Positions 60,641 through 61,731 of a stretch of 61,731 nucleotides of DNA are shown here, piece after piece; the first letter of the stretch is position 1, and each line of letters opens with the position of its first letter. The DNA comes from Folioceros fuciformis. Its lineage: Eukaryota. The DNA is taken from assembly GCA_049999805.1 (NCBI GenBank), contig JBNGIO010006236.1, positions 1-61,731 of the forward strand, written 5' to 3'. The position numbers were made by a program, and so were the translations under genes. The notes beneath the pieces are model-generated. The model was not told the DNA's origin. It saw only the letters and a program-made list of their open reading frames with translations, and made no database searches.

Positions 60641-61461
60641 ATGGGGCACCACCATGAGTCCCACAGCTACGGCCACAGCAGCGAGCCTGCTCATACCTAC
60701 GCTCACAGCGAGCCTACCCCCGCCGGTGACCTGGTCAAGATCTACTCCGAGGCCAGCCCTCACCACAACCTGGCCGCTCATGGGGACACGGTTGTGCTGG
60801 TCAAGGCCGATGACCACGACGCCGCTCAGGTAGGGGTTTTTGTTTGTGCTGTACTAGTGTGTGCGTGTCTTGATGTGTGTTCGGAGCTGATCTGACCTCA
60901 CCTTCCTGCGTTGCATCGGCAGCAATGGTACAAGGACGGCTCAAACGGGAGCAAGGTCAAGGACGACGCAGGCCAGCCTGCTTTCGTCCTCATCAACAAG
61001 GCCGCACGCTTGGCTCTTAAGCACGTCGGAGATGAGGCGGTGAGTGTTGCCTGTTCTCGCACCTTAGTACCACTGTCATTCCGCCCGGCGTAGGCAGGAT
61101 ACTAAGCGTGAACAGTATTGTTTGGGAATTTTCGTCTTGTCACACTGTTTGTTGTGGATGTATTTGCATCTGTGTAGCCTGGCATGATTGATGAAAAGTG
61201 GACCGGTGGTGCGTCGGATATTCATGCTCAGGTGACTCTTGGACCCTTCCACGACAACACTTTGGACACCTCCGTCTTATGGACTTTGAGCGAAGATGTT
61301 GGCGGTGGTTACCATGCCATTCGCCCGGTGACCAACTCCCACCTGAATTTGGATGCGGATCATGCGGACAAAGAGCACGGAGGTGTTAAGGACAACAACA
61401 AGCTCATCCTGTACAAGTGGAACAAGGGAGAGAATCAAAAGTGGAAAGTGGTCTCCATATG
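60641..61461 (+). CDS. Euonymus lectin (EUL) protein 2 with His-rich N-terminus; 3' end uncertain (probable final intron)
   Basis: MGHHHESHSY..VKIYSEASPHHNL..|QWYKD..VKDDAGQPAFVLINKA|..LWTLSEDVGGGYHAIR..LNLDA..GGVKD..WNKGENQKWK. Confidence 0.9.
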
Positions 61462-61731
61462 TGAGTGGCATTTCCTTCCTAGCTTGTGCATCTTCTGAAA
61501 TGTCCTTTCTAGCTAGATACATGTATCTTATTTTTTTTGGGTCTTCTATACGTCTCGTTTAACGCGTGTGTACGAGGTGTGTCAGGAATGCTTTCATATT
61601 GTGAAGGTAGTGAAGGGCGGAATCGTAACTGAATAACTGAGATGGCGGAAGTGGTTACGACTGGATTGGACCAAGTGAAATGTAGAGCATTATGATTTTG
61701 CGCATAAAACGGTATGTACAGTGTTTGGAGC

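Overview
Gene-dense nuclear DNA of a land plant with short (~70-200 nt) spliceosomal introns and ~50% GC in genes. A decayed PLS-class PPR gene with a DYW:KP-type deaminase domain points to a lineage with U-to-C organellar editing, most plausibly a hornwort (inference). About 21 protein genes are supported: DEAH helicase (DHX35/DEAH9-like), plastid RPL11, TGD3, a nested OSA15/AAF-like exon, plastid EF-Tu, eIF3g, eIF3f, LEA2, a TPR protein, RTEL1, a METTL21-like methyltransferase, NUP35, an F-box protein, an uncharacterised protein, RPL7a, cpFtsY, RMI1, an NPK1/ANP MAPKKK, SEC63/ERdj2 and two EUL lectins. There are also two pseudogenes, a PIF/Harbinger remnant, several tandem repeats and three N gaps. 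Most notable: (1) one pair of transit-peptide exons appears to feed two unrelated plastid proteins (TGD3 and an ORF nested in its intron); (2) an unannotated miRNA-like hairpin at 10.8-10.9 kb; (3) eIF3g and eIF3f sit head-to-head; (4) normally intron-rich genes are intronless next to intron-rich neighbours; (5) the DYW:KP pseudogene. All family calls come from motif recognition by eye, with no database searches.
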